A stretch of 64,000 nt of DNA from Myxococcota bacterium (GTDB taxonomy: Bacteria; Myxococcota_A; UBA9160; JAFDDA01): assembly GCA_965228475.1 (NCBI GenBank), contig OZ245817.1:4096001-4160000 (forward strand). The letters are read 5' to 3'. Within the stretch, counting starts at the first letter, position 1; every line of letters begins with the position of its first letter. The notes below the pieces were generated by a model that was given only the letters and a program-made list of their open reading frames with translations, was not told the origin of the DNA and made no database searches. The translations under genes were made by a program, and so were the position numbers. This document shows positions 29,501 through 36,487 of the stretch, piece after piece.

Positions 29501-32168
29501 CCATGTTGAGGGCGCCCTCGCCCAGCCACACCGGGTTGCGAAGCGCCCCGTCGGCGAAGGTCCAGCGCAGGATGCGATGCCGGGTCGTGTCGAGCACGTG
29601 AAGGACGCCGTGCGCGTCGAGACCGGTCGCGCCGATCCGGAAGGAGAAGGGTCCGGGCGCGAGGTCGCATTGGCCGGACTGCCCCGGGAGCGAGTCCTCG
29701 GGGCGTTGGCAGGCGGCGTCCAGCGGGAAGGCATCGAGCTCGAGGCCCGTGGTGCTGTCCGCTACACCGTAGCCGGGGTTCCAGGCGTCCGGGAAGCCGT
29801 CGCCATCCGTGTCGAGCGACGCCGCCACGTCGTCGGGAAAGGCGTCCTCGGCGAAGGGCACTCCATCGCCGTCGGCGTCGTCGTCGGGCACGTAGGTCTC
29901 GATCGCGGGCCGGCCGTCGACGAGCGTCACCACCGCGAGGGCGCCCTCGCTCCGCAGCAGCGCGTGGGGCGCGCCCGGGAAGGAGGCCTCGCCGTAGAGC
30001 ACCCCCTCCGGCCCGTACTGCGAGAGGTGCGTTCCTCCGGCGCCGTCGTCGCCGAGGGCGACCCAGCCGCCGTCGGGGAGCCACAGGTGGTCCACGTGGG
30101 GCCCGGGAATCTGGGTGACGAAGAACGGGCGGTCGCCGTCCACGCGATACAGGAGCCCCGTCCCGAACCGCAGGTGGCGGCCGTCCGGCGAAGGAGCCAG
30201 CGGACCCGTCGTGACGTCCCTCTCGCCCGAGTGCGTCCGGATCGCGGTGATCTCTCCCGAAGCCGCGATCTGCGTCCAGTTCCAGGAGTCGAAAGAGTCT
30301 CCGCTGGCCGCGTAGACACGTCGCAGGATGGGGTCCCAGACGTAGTCACGGACCCGGCCAGTGTTGGTGTCCCGGCCGTCGCCGACGACGACGCCTGCTT
30401 CGGAGAAGGTCCGCAGGCGGTGCCAGGTATCGCCCTCGCTCAGGGGCACGAGCAGCAGCCCGTCGAGCGCGATGGCGGAGTGGGGCTCGTCGAGGGTGGG
30501 CGTGAAGGGAGTCTCGCGAAGCGGCGTCTCGTCGAGCGGGATCACGGTCGCCGGGCGGCGCCGATAGACGATCTGGAGGCGATTTCCGACGGCGTCGTAG
30601 GCCATGCCCCGGGGCGCGGGCCCGGTCGCGATCGGATCGAGCCAGACCTGCTGCGGGAGCGACCAACGGAAGATCCGGCCGGCTTCGGGCGCGAGCAGGT
30701 ACACCACCCCGTCGGCGTCGATGACCGTATCGAGCGGCACGAAGGCGGGCAGACGAGCCGCGACGTCGCAGACGCCGGGCTGCGCGGGCAGGCCGTGCTC
30801 CGGCAGCTGGCAAGCCGTGTCGGAGGGGAAGGCGTCGACGACGAGGGTCGAGCCGGGGTTGGCCGCCGGATCCCAGGCGTCCGGGGCGCCGTCGCCGTCG
30901 CTGTCTTCGAACGCAGCGGCGTCAAGGGGGAAGGCGTCCTCGGCATCGGCGGCGCCGTCGGCGTCGACGTCGCCCGGCTCGACCCAGCGAAAGCTGGGCG
31001 AGCCCTCGACGAGCGTCACGGCGAAGGCCCGGCCCTCCCACTCGAAGACCCGGAACGGCTCGCCCTCGAGTTCGGCGAGCGCGATCGAGCGCCCGGCCTC
31101 GTGGCGCGCGAGCCGGCTGCCGCCCGCGCCATCCGAGGTCAGCGTGAGGAGGTCTCCGCCGAACCATGCCGCATCGACGAAGGGCTCCGGGAGATAGTCG
31201 ACCACCGCCATCGTCTCGGCGTCGTGCACCTCGCCCGAAGCGACGGCCGCGAGCAGCCCGTCGGGGGACACGCGCACGGGACCGGTGAGTTCGTAGCTCG
31301 GGAAGGAGGGGGCTCGCCGAAAGGCGACGTAGCTGCCATCGGCTGCGTACTCATGAGATTCGAGTTCGTCGAAGGCATCGCTGCGCACCCAGAGGAGCCG
31401 GCGCAGCGCCTCGGACCAGCTGAACTCGACCGCCTGGCTGGTGAAGAACTGCCGTTGATCCACCATCGTGCCGTCCGGGGCGAAGAGGCTGTGGCCGTAC
31501 GGACGGTCGCCGCGAAGTACGGCGAACAGGAAGTCGCCCGCCATGGCCATTCCCTGCACGAGTCGGTCATGCTCGGCGAAGGGCTTCTCCCGGCGTCCGT
31601 CCGCCAGGTCGAGGTAGGTGAACGTTCGAGCCTCGTGACTCAGGTAGAGCCGCTCGAGTCCGGGTGCGAGGGTCACGTCGAGGACGCCGGCCGGGAGTGA
31701 AAGCGGCGCGAGCCAGCGCTCCTCCGCGACCCAATAGCGGTGGACCCTCGCGTCTCCGACCGCGAAGAAATGGAGAACGCCTCGGTTGTCGAGGAAGACC
31801 TTCTCCGGGCTGGACGGGCGGTCGGCGGCGGCGAAGGTCGCGCGCAGGTTCGACCAGGGAACGACGTCGGTGCGGCAAACCGGGTCCGGGCCGCAAGCAC
31901 CCTCTACCCCCTCCCAACCGACGAACACGAAACCGGGGTCGGGCACCGCCTCGACTTCGCCGACGGTGTCTTCCCAGCAGTACCACTGCACGACCCTGGC
32001 ATCCGGGCCGCGAACCGGGCTCATCGGCCCGCAGGCCTCACCGCCATCGCCGGGTACGATGTTCCCGCCTTCCGTCGACGAGAGCCGCATGCACCCGCCG
32101 CTCCCGACGAAGAGAACCAAGACGCTCAGCAGCCGGACACACGTGCCCCCCGAAGCGAACCCTCCCAT
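26577..32168 (-). CDS. Giant exported repeat protein: InlB-B-like domain, four beta-propeller + TSP3-like Ca-binding units, terminal propeller
   Basis: AVPDPGFVFVGWEG; four units starting [LIM]DxxGV[LVI][HY], each followed by DxDxDGxxxxxDAFPxxxAAxxDxDxDGxPD..DAFPxDxxC; possible lipobox GSGGC; start uncertain. Confidence 0.8.
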   Translation of the reverse strand: MGGFASGGTCVRLLSVLVLFVGSGGCMRLSSTEGGNIVPGDGGEACGPMSPVRGPDARVVQWYCWEDTVGEVEAVPDPGFVFVGWEGVEGACGPDPVCRTDVVPWSNLRATFAAADRPSSPEKVFLDNRGVLHFFAVGDARVHRYWVAEERWLAPLSLPAGVLDVTLAPGLERLYLSHEARTFTYLDLADGRREKPFAEHDRLVQGMAMAGDFLFAVLRGDRPYGHSLFAPDGTMVDQRQFFTSQAVEFSWSEALRRLLWVRSDAFDELESHEYAADGSYVAFRRAPSFPSYELTGPVRVSPDGLLAAVASGEVHDAETMAVVDYLPEPFVDAAWFGGDLLTLTSDGAGGSRLARHEAGRSIALAELEGEPFRVFEWEGRAFAVTLVEGSPSFRWVEPGDVDADGAADAEDAFPLDAAAFEDSDGDGAPDAWDPAANPGSTLVVDAFPSDTACQLPEHGLPAQPGVCDVAARLPAFVPLDTVIDADGVVYLLAPEAGRIFRWSLPQQVWLDPIATGPAPRGMAYDAVGNRLQIVYRRRPATVIPLDETPLRETPFTPTLDEPHSAIALDGLLLVPLSEGDTWHRLRTFSEAGVVVGDGRDTNTGRVRDYVWDPILRRVYAASGDSFDSWNWTQIAASGEITAIRTHSGERDVTTGPLAPSPDGRHLRFGTGLLYRVDGDRPFFVTQIPGPHVDHLWLPDGGWVALGDDGAGGTHLSQYGPEGVLYGEASFPGAPHALLRSEGALAVVTLVDGRPAIETYVPDDDADGDGVPFAEDAFPDDVAASLDTDGDGFPDAWNPGYGVADSTTGLELDAFPLDAACQRPEDSLPGQSGQCDLAPGPFSFRIGATGLDAHGVLHVLDTTRHRILRWTFADGALRNPVWLGEGALNMVYSASHDALYVAYEDGRITRVAPDGLAGEAPFAAVPGTVPGLVAAGDFLVASSTVDDQFYVYDAAGNLVENFRASHDSQYLTWSEANGRFYHLSDGWSSNRLRAQNLDPGTGAWLGSVPAQGLANSRVRHPIRVSQDGGRVSVRTGEIYDGHTLDPVARLPIEGIYDAVWLEDGSLVTIRGIPRGTALERWDADLRRIDAADFDGSALGVWLWQGGVRVVTGIGTLAFHDYALGDDGDGDSVSFAEDAFPLSAAASVDSDDDGYPDFHHLGYGFHNSGLARDAFPFDSACHAPSHARAGAPDECDVEGRVPFYDPDEIVMDSRGVIHLLDGGARRIHGYAFGTGALNPIVTDDVVTQLIYSADHDRLYVGGDGGGVSWIDPLEPVEEERLVVSLGRVFELDAWGPWLRVNLSNTTPNRLTYDRDGNELSGPDRFVGGTAAVWSPATGRLHAVGATHRWEEVDPTTGQVLAQFPATGAGEPGAPPVWVPDDGSVVLDGSGRLYEASAYIFLGELGFDPEDAAFLEDGFGVLLDDGDGGTLLERYDLGLRLLERVAFPGEPRRVFAFEGGFQVVTHRDGRPDFHRHVPTDDADADGVPDGLDAFPRDPAASIDVDADGAPDYWNPGSGPADSTTGLVLDAFPGDFGCQRPEHGLEGACDVARVLPPTVATPLCDFQTDPTAPSGTLDLGDIADFEALCSGWVLSGERMPDEIVLRNVFSDRIGAVFPLTSAPEDLLLDAEAHRLWVTLPEEQEVLALDLTDGSTVRWATPSYTGRLELGPEGSLLMARPNRHGTTLHWLEAGATEFDAGYIATGGPLQYNALHGELLRATHDLSRFAFDLEAGPVFLESLRNGAEATGLALSPDGEHVVWLAPSSRILYDRVSNDLESVHGTWAVDVGGQDAVFSPDGMRLVYVTRDELLILDAEIYEERQRFEPDYCSSGQIDRARVSSDGTVAFAGERCGYPREFSRIHWLAID

Positions 32169-32279
32169 CGCTCCCCCCCTTGCCCTTTCATCGGTTCGCG
32201 GGGGACCGCCTTGAAGGGCCTGCCCGGCGGGGAGAGGAGGGGACGCCGCCGCTGCCCGAGGAACCCGGCGCCGCCCCGA

Positions 32280-32299
32280 GGTGTCCGAATCCGGTCACC
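32280..32299. promoter_or_regulatory. Palindrome GGTGTCCG-AATC-CGGTCACC, candidate bEBP enhancer
   Basis: 7/8 inverted repeat ~140 bp upstream of a sigma54-like promoter. Confidence 0.45.
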
Positions 32300-32437
32300 G
32301 CGCGTCCGCGTTTCGTCACCCGAGGGTGGCAGTGCCGCGGAAGGCGGCGCTCAGGGGAAAGCCCCGGGGGATTGGAAGTGATCGAATTTACAGGGGTTCG
32401 GCGGCGTCTATCCCGTGCACCCCGGCGGCGCCGTCCC

Positions 32438-32453
32438 TGGCATGGAACGTGCT
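32438..32453 (+). promoter_or_regulatory. sigma54 (-24/-12) promoter TGGCATGGAACGTGCT
   Basis: GG-N10-GC spacing with TGGCA and TGC; 32 nt before ATG 32486, which has a GGAGG SD. Confidence 0.7.
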
Positions 32454-32485
32454 TCGTCAGAGGGCATCCCGTTGGGAGGGAAGTC

Positions 32486-32713
32486 ATGAGCAACGCCGCC
32501 GTTCGCTACCAACCCGCCGAGCCCCGCCCCGCCCGCAGCGGCCCGGAGGCGGATGCGGCCCCCGTCGACACGACGCTGCTCGCGCTGGTCCAGGCCGTCT
32601 CCGAGACGACCGAGGACGACCGCGAGGTCGTGAGCACGATCCTGCACATGATCCGGAGCGGCACCGTCCGCCTGCGCGGCATCTTCCGCGACGAGGCTCC
32701 CCAGGACTTCTAG
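32486..32713 (+). CDS. Small hypothetical protein (75 aa)
   Basis: GGAGG SD; TTLLALVQAVSETTEDDREVVSTILHMIRSGTVRLRGIF reads as a folded helical domain; GC-rich third codon positions. Confidence 0.75.
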   Translation: MSNAAVRYQPAEPRPARSGPEADAAPVDTTLLALVQAVSETTEDDREVVSTILHMIRSGTVRLRGIFRDEAPQDF

Positions 32714-32730
32714 GCCCTCGAACCCGGCCC

Positions 32731-33741
32731 CTACAAACCGAGAGCGGCTTCGAGCTCTTCCCGGTAGGCGAACAGGCCGGGCGCGCCGCCCGTGTGCCAG
32801 AAGAGCACTGGCCCTTCGCGCAGCTTCCCACTGCGAACGTCCGCGATGAGCCCGGCCATCGCCTTGCCCGTGTAGACCGGGTCGAGCAACAGGCCCTCGG
32901 CGCGCGCGACGAGGGCGATGGCCTCGAAGGTCGCCTCGCTCGGGACGCCGTAGCCGTCGCCCAGGAAGGCGTCGTCGAGCCGCGGCGCGTGGCTCGGGCC
33001 GAGCTCCATCTCGAGCAGCGGGCCGAGGCCTTCGAAGAGCAGGTCGACTTCGCGCCGGTGCCGCACGGCATCGCCGAGCACGCAGATGCCGTTCACCCGG
33101 GTGCGCAGGGCGCGCCGCGCGAGCCCGCAGGCGAGGCCGGCCACGGTTCCGCCGGTCCCGACCGCCGCGTAGAGATCCGTGAACTCGACCCCCTGCCCCG
33201 CCGCCTGGTCCGCGAGCTCCTCCGCGGCCTGGACGAAGCCGAGGGCGCCGACGGCCGTCGAGCCGCCCGCCGGGTGGACGACGGCGATGCGGCCCTCTTC
33301 GCGCGCCTGCTCCTTCAGGCCGAACACCTTGCGCAGCGCCGCCGCCTCGTCCTTCATGATGAAGACCTCGGCGCCGAACAGGCGGTCGAGCAGGACGTTC
33401 CCGCTCTCTTCGTATTCGATGCCGCCGCGCGGCACCACGCGCGGCAGGACGAGCTGGCAGCGCATGCCGAGCCGGGCCGCGGCCGCCGCCGTCTGGCGCG
33501 CGTGGTTCGACTGGACGCCGCCGACGGTGACGACGGTGTCCGCGCCTTCCTCACGCGCCGCCCCGAGCAGGTACTCGAGCTTGCGCGCCTTGTTCCCGCC
33601 GAAGCCGAGCCCCGTCGCGTCGTCGCGCTTCACCCAGATCTCCGGGCCGCCGAGCTGCGCGCTGAGGCGCGGCAACGGCTCGAGCGGCGTCGGGAGGTGG
33701 GCGAGGGAAACGCGCGGGAACGATTCGAGCGAACGCGGCAT
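32731..33741 (-). CDS. D-cysteine desulfhydrase / ACC deaminase family PLP enzyme
   Basis: PTPLEPLPRLS, WVKRDD, GGNKARKLEY, GGVQSNHARQTAA, LLDPVYTGKA, FWHTGG. Confidence 0.93.
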   Translation of the reverse strand: MPRSLESFPRVSLAHLPTPLEPLPRLSAQLGGPEIWVKRDDATGLGFGGNKARKLEYLLGAAREEGADTVVTVGGVQSNHARQTAAAAARLGMRCQLVLPRVVPRGGIEYEESGNVLLDRLFGAEVFIMKDEAAALRKVFGLKEQAREEGRIAVVHPAGGSTAVGALGFVQAAEELADQAAGQGVEFTDLYAAVGTGGTVAGLACGLARRALRTRVNGICVLGDAVRHRREVDLLFEGLGPLLEMELGPSHAPRLDDAFLGDGYGVPSEATFEAIALVARAEGLLLDPVYTGKAMAGLIADVRSGKLREGPVLFWHTGGAPGLFAYREELEAALGL

Positions 33742-33767
33742 GGGGGCGACTCTAGCGATCGGCCGGG

Positions 33768-35255
33768 TCACGGGCGCTCGCCGTTCGCGGTTTTTTCTTC
33801 GCGGTTCGAGAGGCGCGGCGGGATCCAACCCCCGAGCCCTTCTTCGAGCGCCATCGCCGCGGCGATGCAGAGCGCGTCGTTGCCGTGGCGGGCGGCGACC
33901 TGCACGCCGAGGGGCAGCCCTTCCCGGGAGAGTCCCAGGGGCACCTGGGTCGCCGGCAGCTCCATCGGGTTCAGGACGCAGGTGTAGGCGTAGTCCATCC
34001 GCAGGAGGAGCTGCCGCCGCAGGGGCTGGCCGTGTTTCGGTGCGGTCCGGACGTACGAGGGCAGGAGCAGGACGCCGCCGTCGCCGAGCAGGCGGAACAG
34101 GCGGTGCTGGAGCTGCCTTCCGAGGTCGACCATGCGGGCCTGATGCTTCGGGAAGCGCGCCACGAGCCGCTCGGAAACCGCGAGCAGGCAGGACATCAGC
34201 GTGAACTCGGACGCGCCCATCAGGCAACGCGCAAGCTCGCCCCACGGCGAAACGGCCCGTCCCTGCCCCAGGAGTTCGGTGAACGGCTCGTCGGAAGAGA
34301 CGGCGAGCATCGAAGACCAGATCTCGAAGGCGTGCTCGAGCTCAGGGAGCCGGATCGACTCGACCTGCGCTCCGCGGTCCGAGAGATGGTCCGCGGCCCG
34401 TCGCTGGACCGCCACCAGCTCGGCGCTGACCGGATGCCGCGGGGTGCCCGAGCAGTCGAAGACGCGAAGCGCCGAGAGGTCGATCTTCTCGGGGTCCTCG
34501 AGGGTGAGGTCGATGCAGGCCGCGTCCTCGCCGTCCGGCCCGGCCAGGATGCGCAAGATCGGCATCAGGTCCTCGGCCCGTCGGCAGAGCGGCCCGCTTC
34601 CGAGGAACGAAAGGGCCCGGTCACTCGCCAGGGGGTACTGGCCCGTTGCCGGCACGAGGCCACCGGAAGGCTTGTGGCCGAAGACCCCGTTGAAGAAGGC
34701 CGGCATCCGGATCGAGCCGCCGATGTCGCTGCCGAGCCCGAACGGCGAGCCCCCCGCGCCGATGATCGCGCCCTCGCCCCCCGAGCTCCCACCGACGGTG
34801 CGCTTCGGGTCGTAGGGGTTGTTCGTACGTCCGTAGACCGGATTGTCCGACTCCATCCACATGCAGAGTTCGGAGATGTTCGTGACGCCCAGCGGGATCG
34901 CGCCGGCCTTGCGGAGGCGGCGGACGGCCGTGGCATCCCGTTCGGCGACGAGACCCTGGCGGGCGGCGAGGCCCGAAGTGTTCGGCATGCCCTCGAGGGC
35001 GAAGCACTCCTTGATCGTGCACGGGACACCGTGGAGCGGACCGAGGGACGCGGCCGGCTTCTCGCGCACCAGCGCGTCGGCCCGATCGGCCTCCGCGAGG
35101 GCGGCCTCTCGCCGGAACGCGACGACCGCGTTCAGGCCGGGATTCACGCGGTCGATCTGAGCGAGGTGCGCCTCGACGATTTCCCGGGACGTCGAGGCCC
35201 CGGTGCGAATCCGCCGGGCCAGCTCGACCGCCGAGGCCTGGTTCAGCTCCTGCAC
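33768..35255 (-). CDS. Amidase signature enzyme (FAAH2-like)
   Basis: GVPCTIKE, GRTNNPYD, GGSSGGEGA, GSDIGGSIRMPA (Lys-Ser-Ser triad). Confidence 0.93.
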   Translation of the reverse strand: MQELNQASAVELARRIRTGASTSREIVEAHLAQIDRVNPGLNAVVAFRREAALAEADRADALVREKPAASLGPLHGVPCTIKECFALEGMPNTSGLAARQGLVAERDATAVRRLRKAGAIPLGVTNISELCMWMESDNPVYGRTNNPYDPKRTVGGSSGGEGAIIGAGGSPFGLGSDIGGSIRMPAFFNGVFGHKPSGGLVPATGQYPLASDRALSFLGSGPLCRRAEDLMPILRILAGPDGEDAACIDLTLEDPEKIDLSALRVFDCSGTPRHPVSAELVAVQRRAADHLSDRGAQVESIRLPELEHAFEIWSSMLAVSSDEPFTELLGQGRAVSPWGELARCLMGASEFTLMSCLLAVSERLVARFPKHQARMVDLGRQLQHRLFRLLGDGGVLLLPSYVRTAPKHGQPLRRQLLLRMDYAYTCVLNPMELPATQVPLGLSREGLPLGVQVAARHGNDALCIAAAMALEEGLGGWIPPRLSNREEKTANGERP

Positions 35256-35257
35256 GC

Positions 35258-36025
35258 TCAGGCCGCAGGAAGGAGCGGGCCGTGGACACCGCGAGCCGGA
35301 ACGGAGCGGCGCCGCAGTGCAGGCTTGGGGAACCGCTCGAGAAGCAGATCCGCGGCGAGCGACGAGCCCAACGGGGAGAGGTGGAGCGGATCCGCGAACA
35401 GATCGTCGTCGGCTCCGGCCTGGGGGGGAAGCCCGATCTCCCTTTCGCCGACGGCCCCGCCGTCCCGAACGATGCGCGCGAAGAGGTCGGCCAGGTCGAC
35501 GAAGCGGGCGCCGTACATGCGTGCGATCACGGAGAGGCCGGTCCGCCAGTAGGCGTCCATGCGCGCGAGGCTCCGAAGCGGGGCGTCCGCCTCGCCCGCA
35601 GCCTCCTCGGAGATCCGGCCGAACATGCGCCAGGCGGCCGGCGTGCTCGCGAGCGCCAGCGGCTTCACGAGGAGGACGCTCGCGCCCGTGGCGTTGAGCT
35701 TCGCAACGACGAGCTCCGTCTCGAGCAGGAGATCCTGCAGGAACTCGACTTTCTCCTCCGCGGCGGCCCGCAGCTGGTTCCCGGCATCGACGATGCCGAG
35801 GCTGACCAGAGCCGTCGTCGGGCGAAGGCCGACGGCGAGCTCGAGCTGCTCCTCGATGACCTCCCGGGCGCTCGAGCCCGTCTCGGAGAGGTCGATCAGC
35901 TCGGCTCCGAGGCGCTCGGCCAGGAGTCCGAACGGCCCGGCCGCGTCCCAGAGCAGCGCGCCCGCGCCGTCCCCCAGTGCGACGAGCCTCGAAACGTCGA
36001 AGCGGCGCTCGGCACGGCGCGGCAT
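35258..36025 (-). CDS. SGNH/GDSL-fold protein with degenerate active site
   Basis: LVALGDG (block I lacks Ser), GIVD (block III lacks Asn), DPLH (block V); start coupled to the upstream stop (GTGATG). Confidence 0.65.
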   Translation of the reverse strand: MPRRAERRFDVSRLVALGDGAGALLWDAAGPFGLLAERLGAELIDLSETGSSAREVIEEQLELAVGLRPTTALVSLGIVDAGNQLRAAAEEKVEFLQDLLLETELVVAKLNATGASVLLVKPLALASTPAAWRMFGRISEEAAGEADAPLRSLARMDAYWRTGLSVIARMYGARFVDLADLFARIVRDGGAVGEREIGLPPQAGADDDLFADPLHLSPLGSSLAADLLLERFPKPALRRRSVPARGVHGPLLPAA

Positions 36026-36183
36026 CACGAAACCCGGCTTTCGGCGACCGGAGGCGTGGGGGCCTCCAGGCCGGCAGCGCCGGCGAGCCCGGCGGAGAGA
36101 AGCACGAGCGCGAGACCGAGACCCGCGAGGAGGATTCTGGGAAAGAGCCCTTGCCGGGGATCGACTTGATCGACTGCGTTCAT
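36025..36183 (-). CDS. 52-aa signal-peptide-only ORF, probable relic homologous to the N-terminus of the PEP-CTERM gene 42738..43442
   Basis: MNAVDQV..RILLAGLGLAL vs MNAADRI..RVLLGLALGLA; same GAGGAGG SD context. Confidence 0.5.
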   Translation of the reverse strand: MNAVDQVDPRQGLFPRILLAGLGLALVLLSAGLAGAAGLEAPTPPVAESRVS

Positions 36184-36286
36184 CGGGCGCCCTCCTCGCG
36201 GGTCGGTCACACGGGGAGGACCCGCAGCGCCGGGGGGCACCGCGAGAACCTTCCCAGGTTCGCTTTCGTGTGTAACCCGGGAGGGC
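36184..36286 (-). promoter_or_regulatory. Candidate structured 5' leader, copy A
   Basis: Homologous to 43443..43550; stems 36248-36260/36274-36286 and SD-sequestering 36191-36200/36210-36219. Confidence 0.45.
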
Positions 36287-36298
36287 GCCGGCCTGAAG

Positions 36299-36329
36299 GG
36301 ACGTCATGGGATGGTCAAGAAGTCATCAG
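36299..36329 (+). repeat. 31-bp direct repeat GGACGTCATGGGATGGTCAAGAAGTCATCAG, copy 1
   Basis: Identical to 42722..42752; contains GTCA/GTCA/ATCA at 11-bp period. Confidence 0.9.
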
Positions 36330-36381
36330 GCTCCGGAGAGATTCGGAGCCAGGAGGACGCGCGAGTACCGACGCGAGCGAA

Positions 36382-36400
36382 CATGAAGGCAGCATGAAGA
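36382..36400 (-). promoter_or_regulatory. 11-bp-period TTCA box (TCTTCATGCTGCCTTCATG)
   Basis: 17/19 identical to 39566..39584 in inverted orientation. Confidence 0.55.
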
Positions 36401-36487
36401 TCCAGGAGGAGGCGCTCAGCCGGCTTCAGGGCGCGCGAGGCGCCCGGTCGAAAGCACCGAGCTGATATCATTTCCCCTGTTGGGCCG

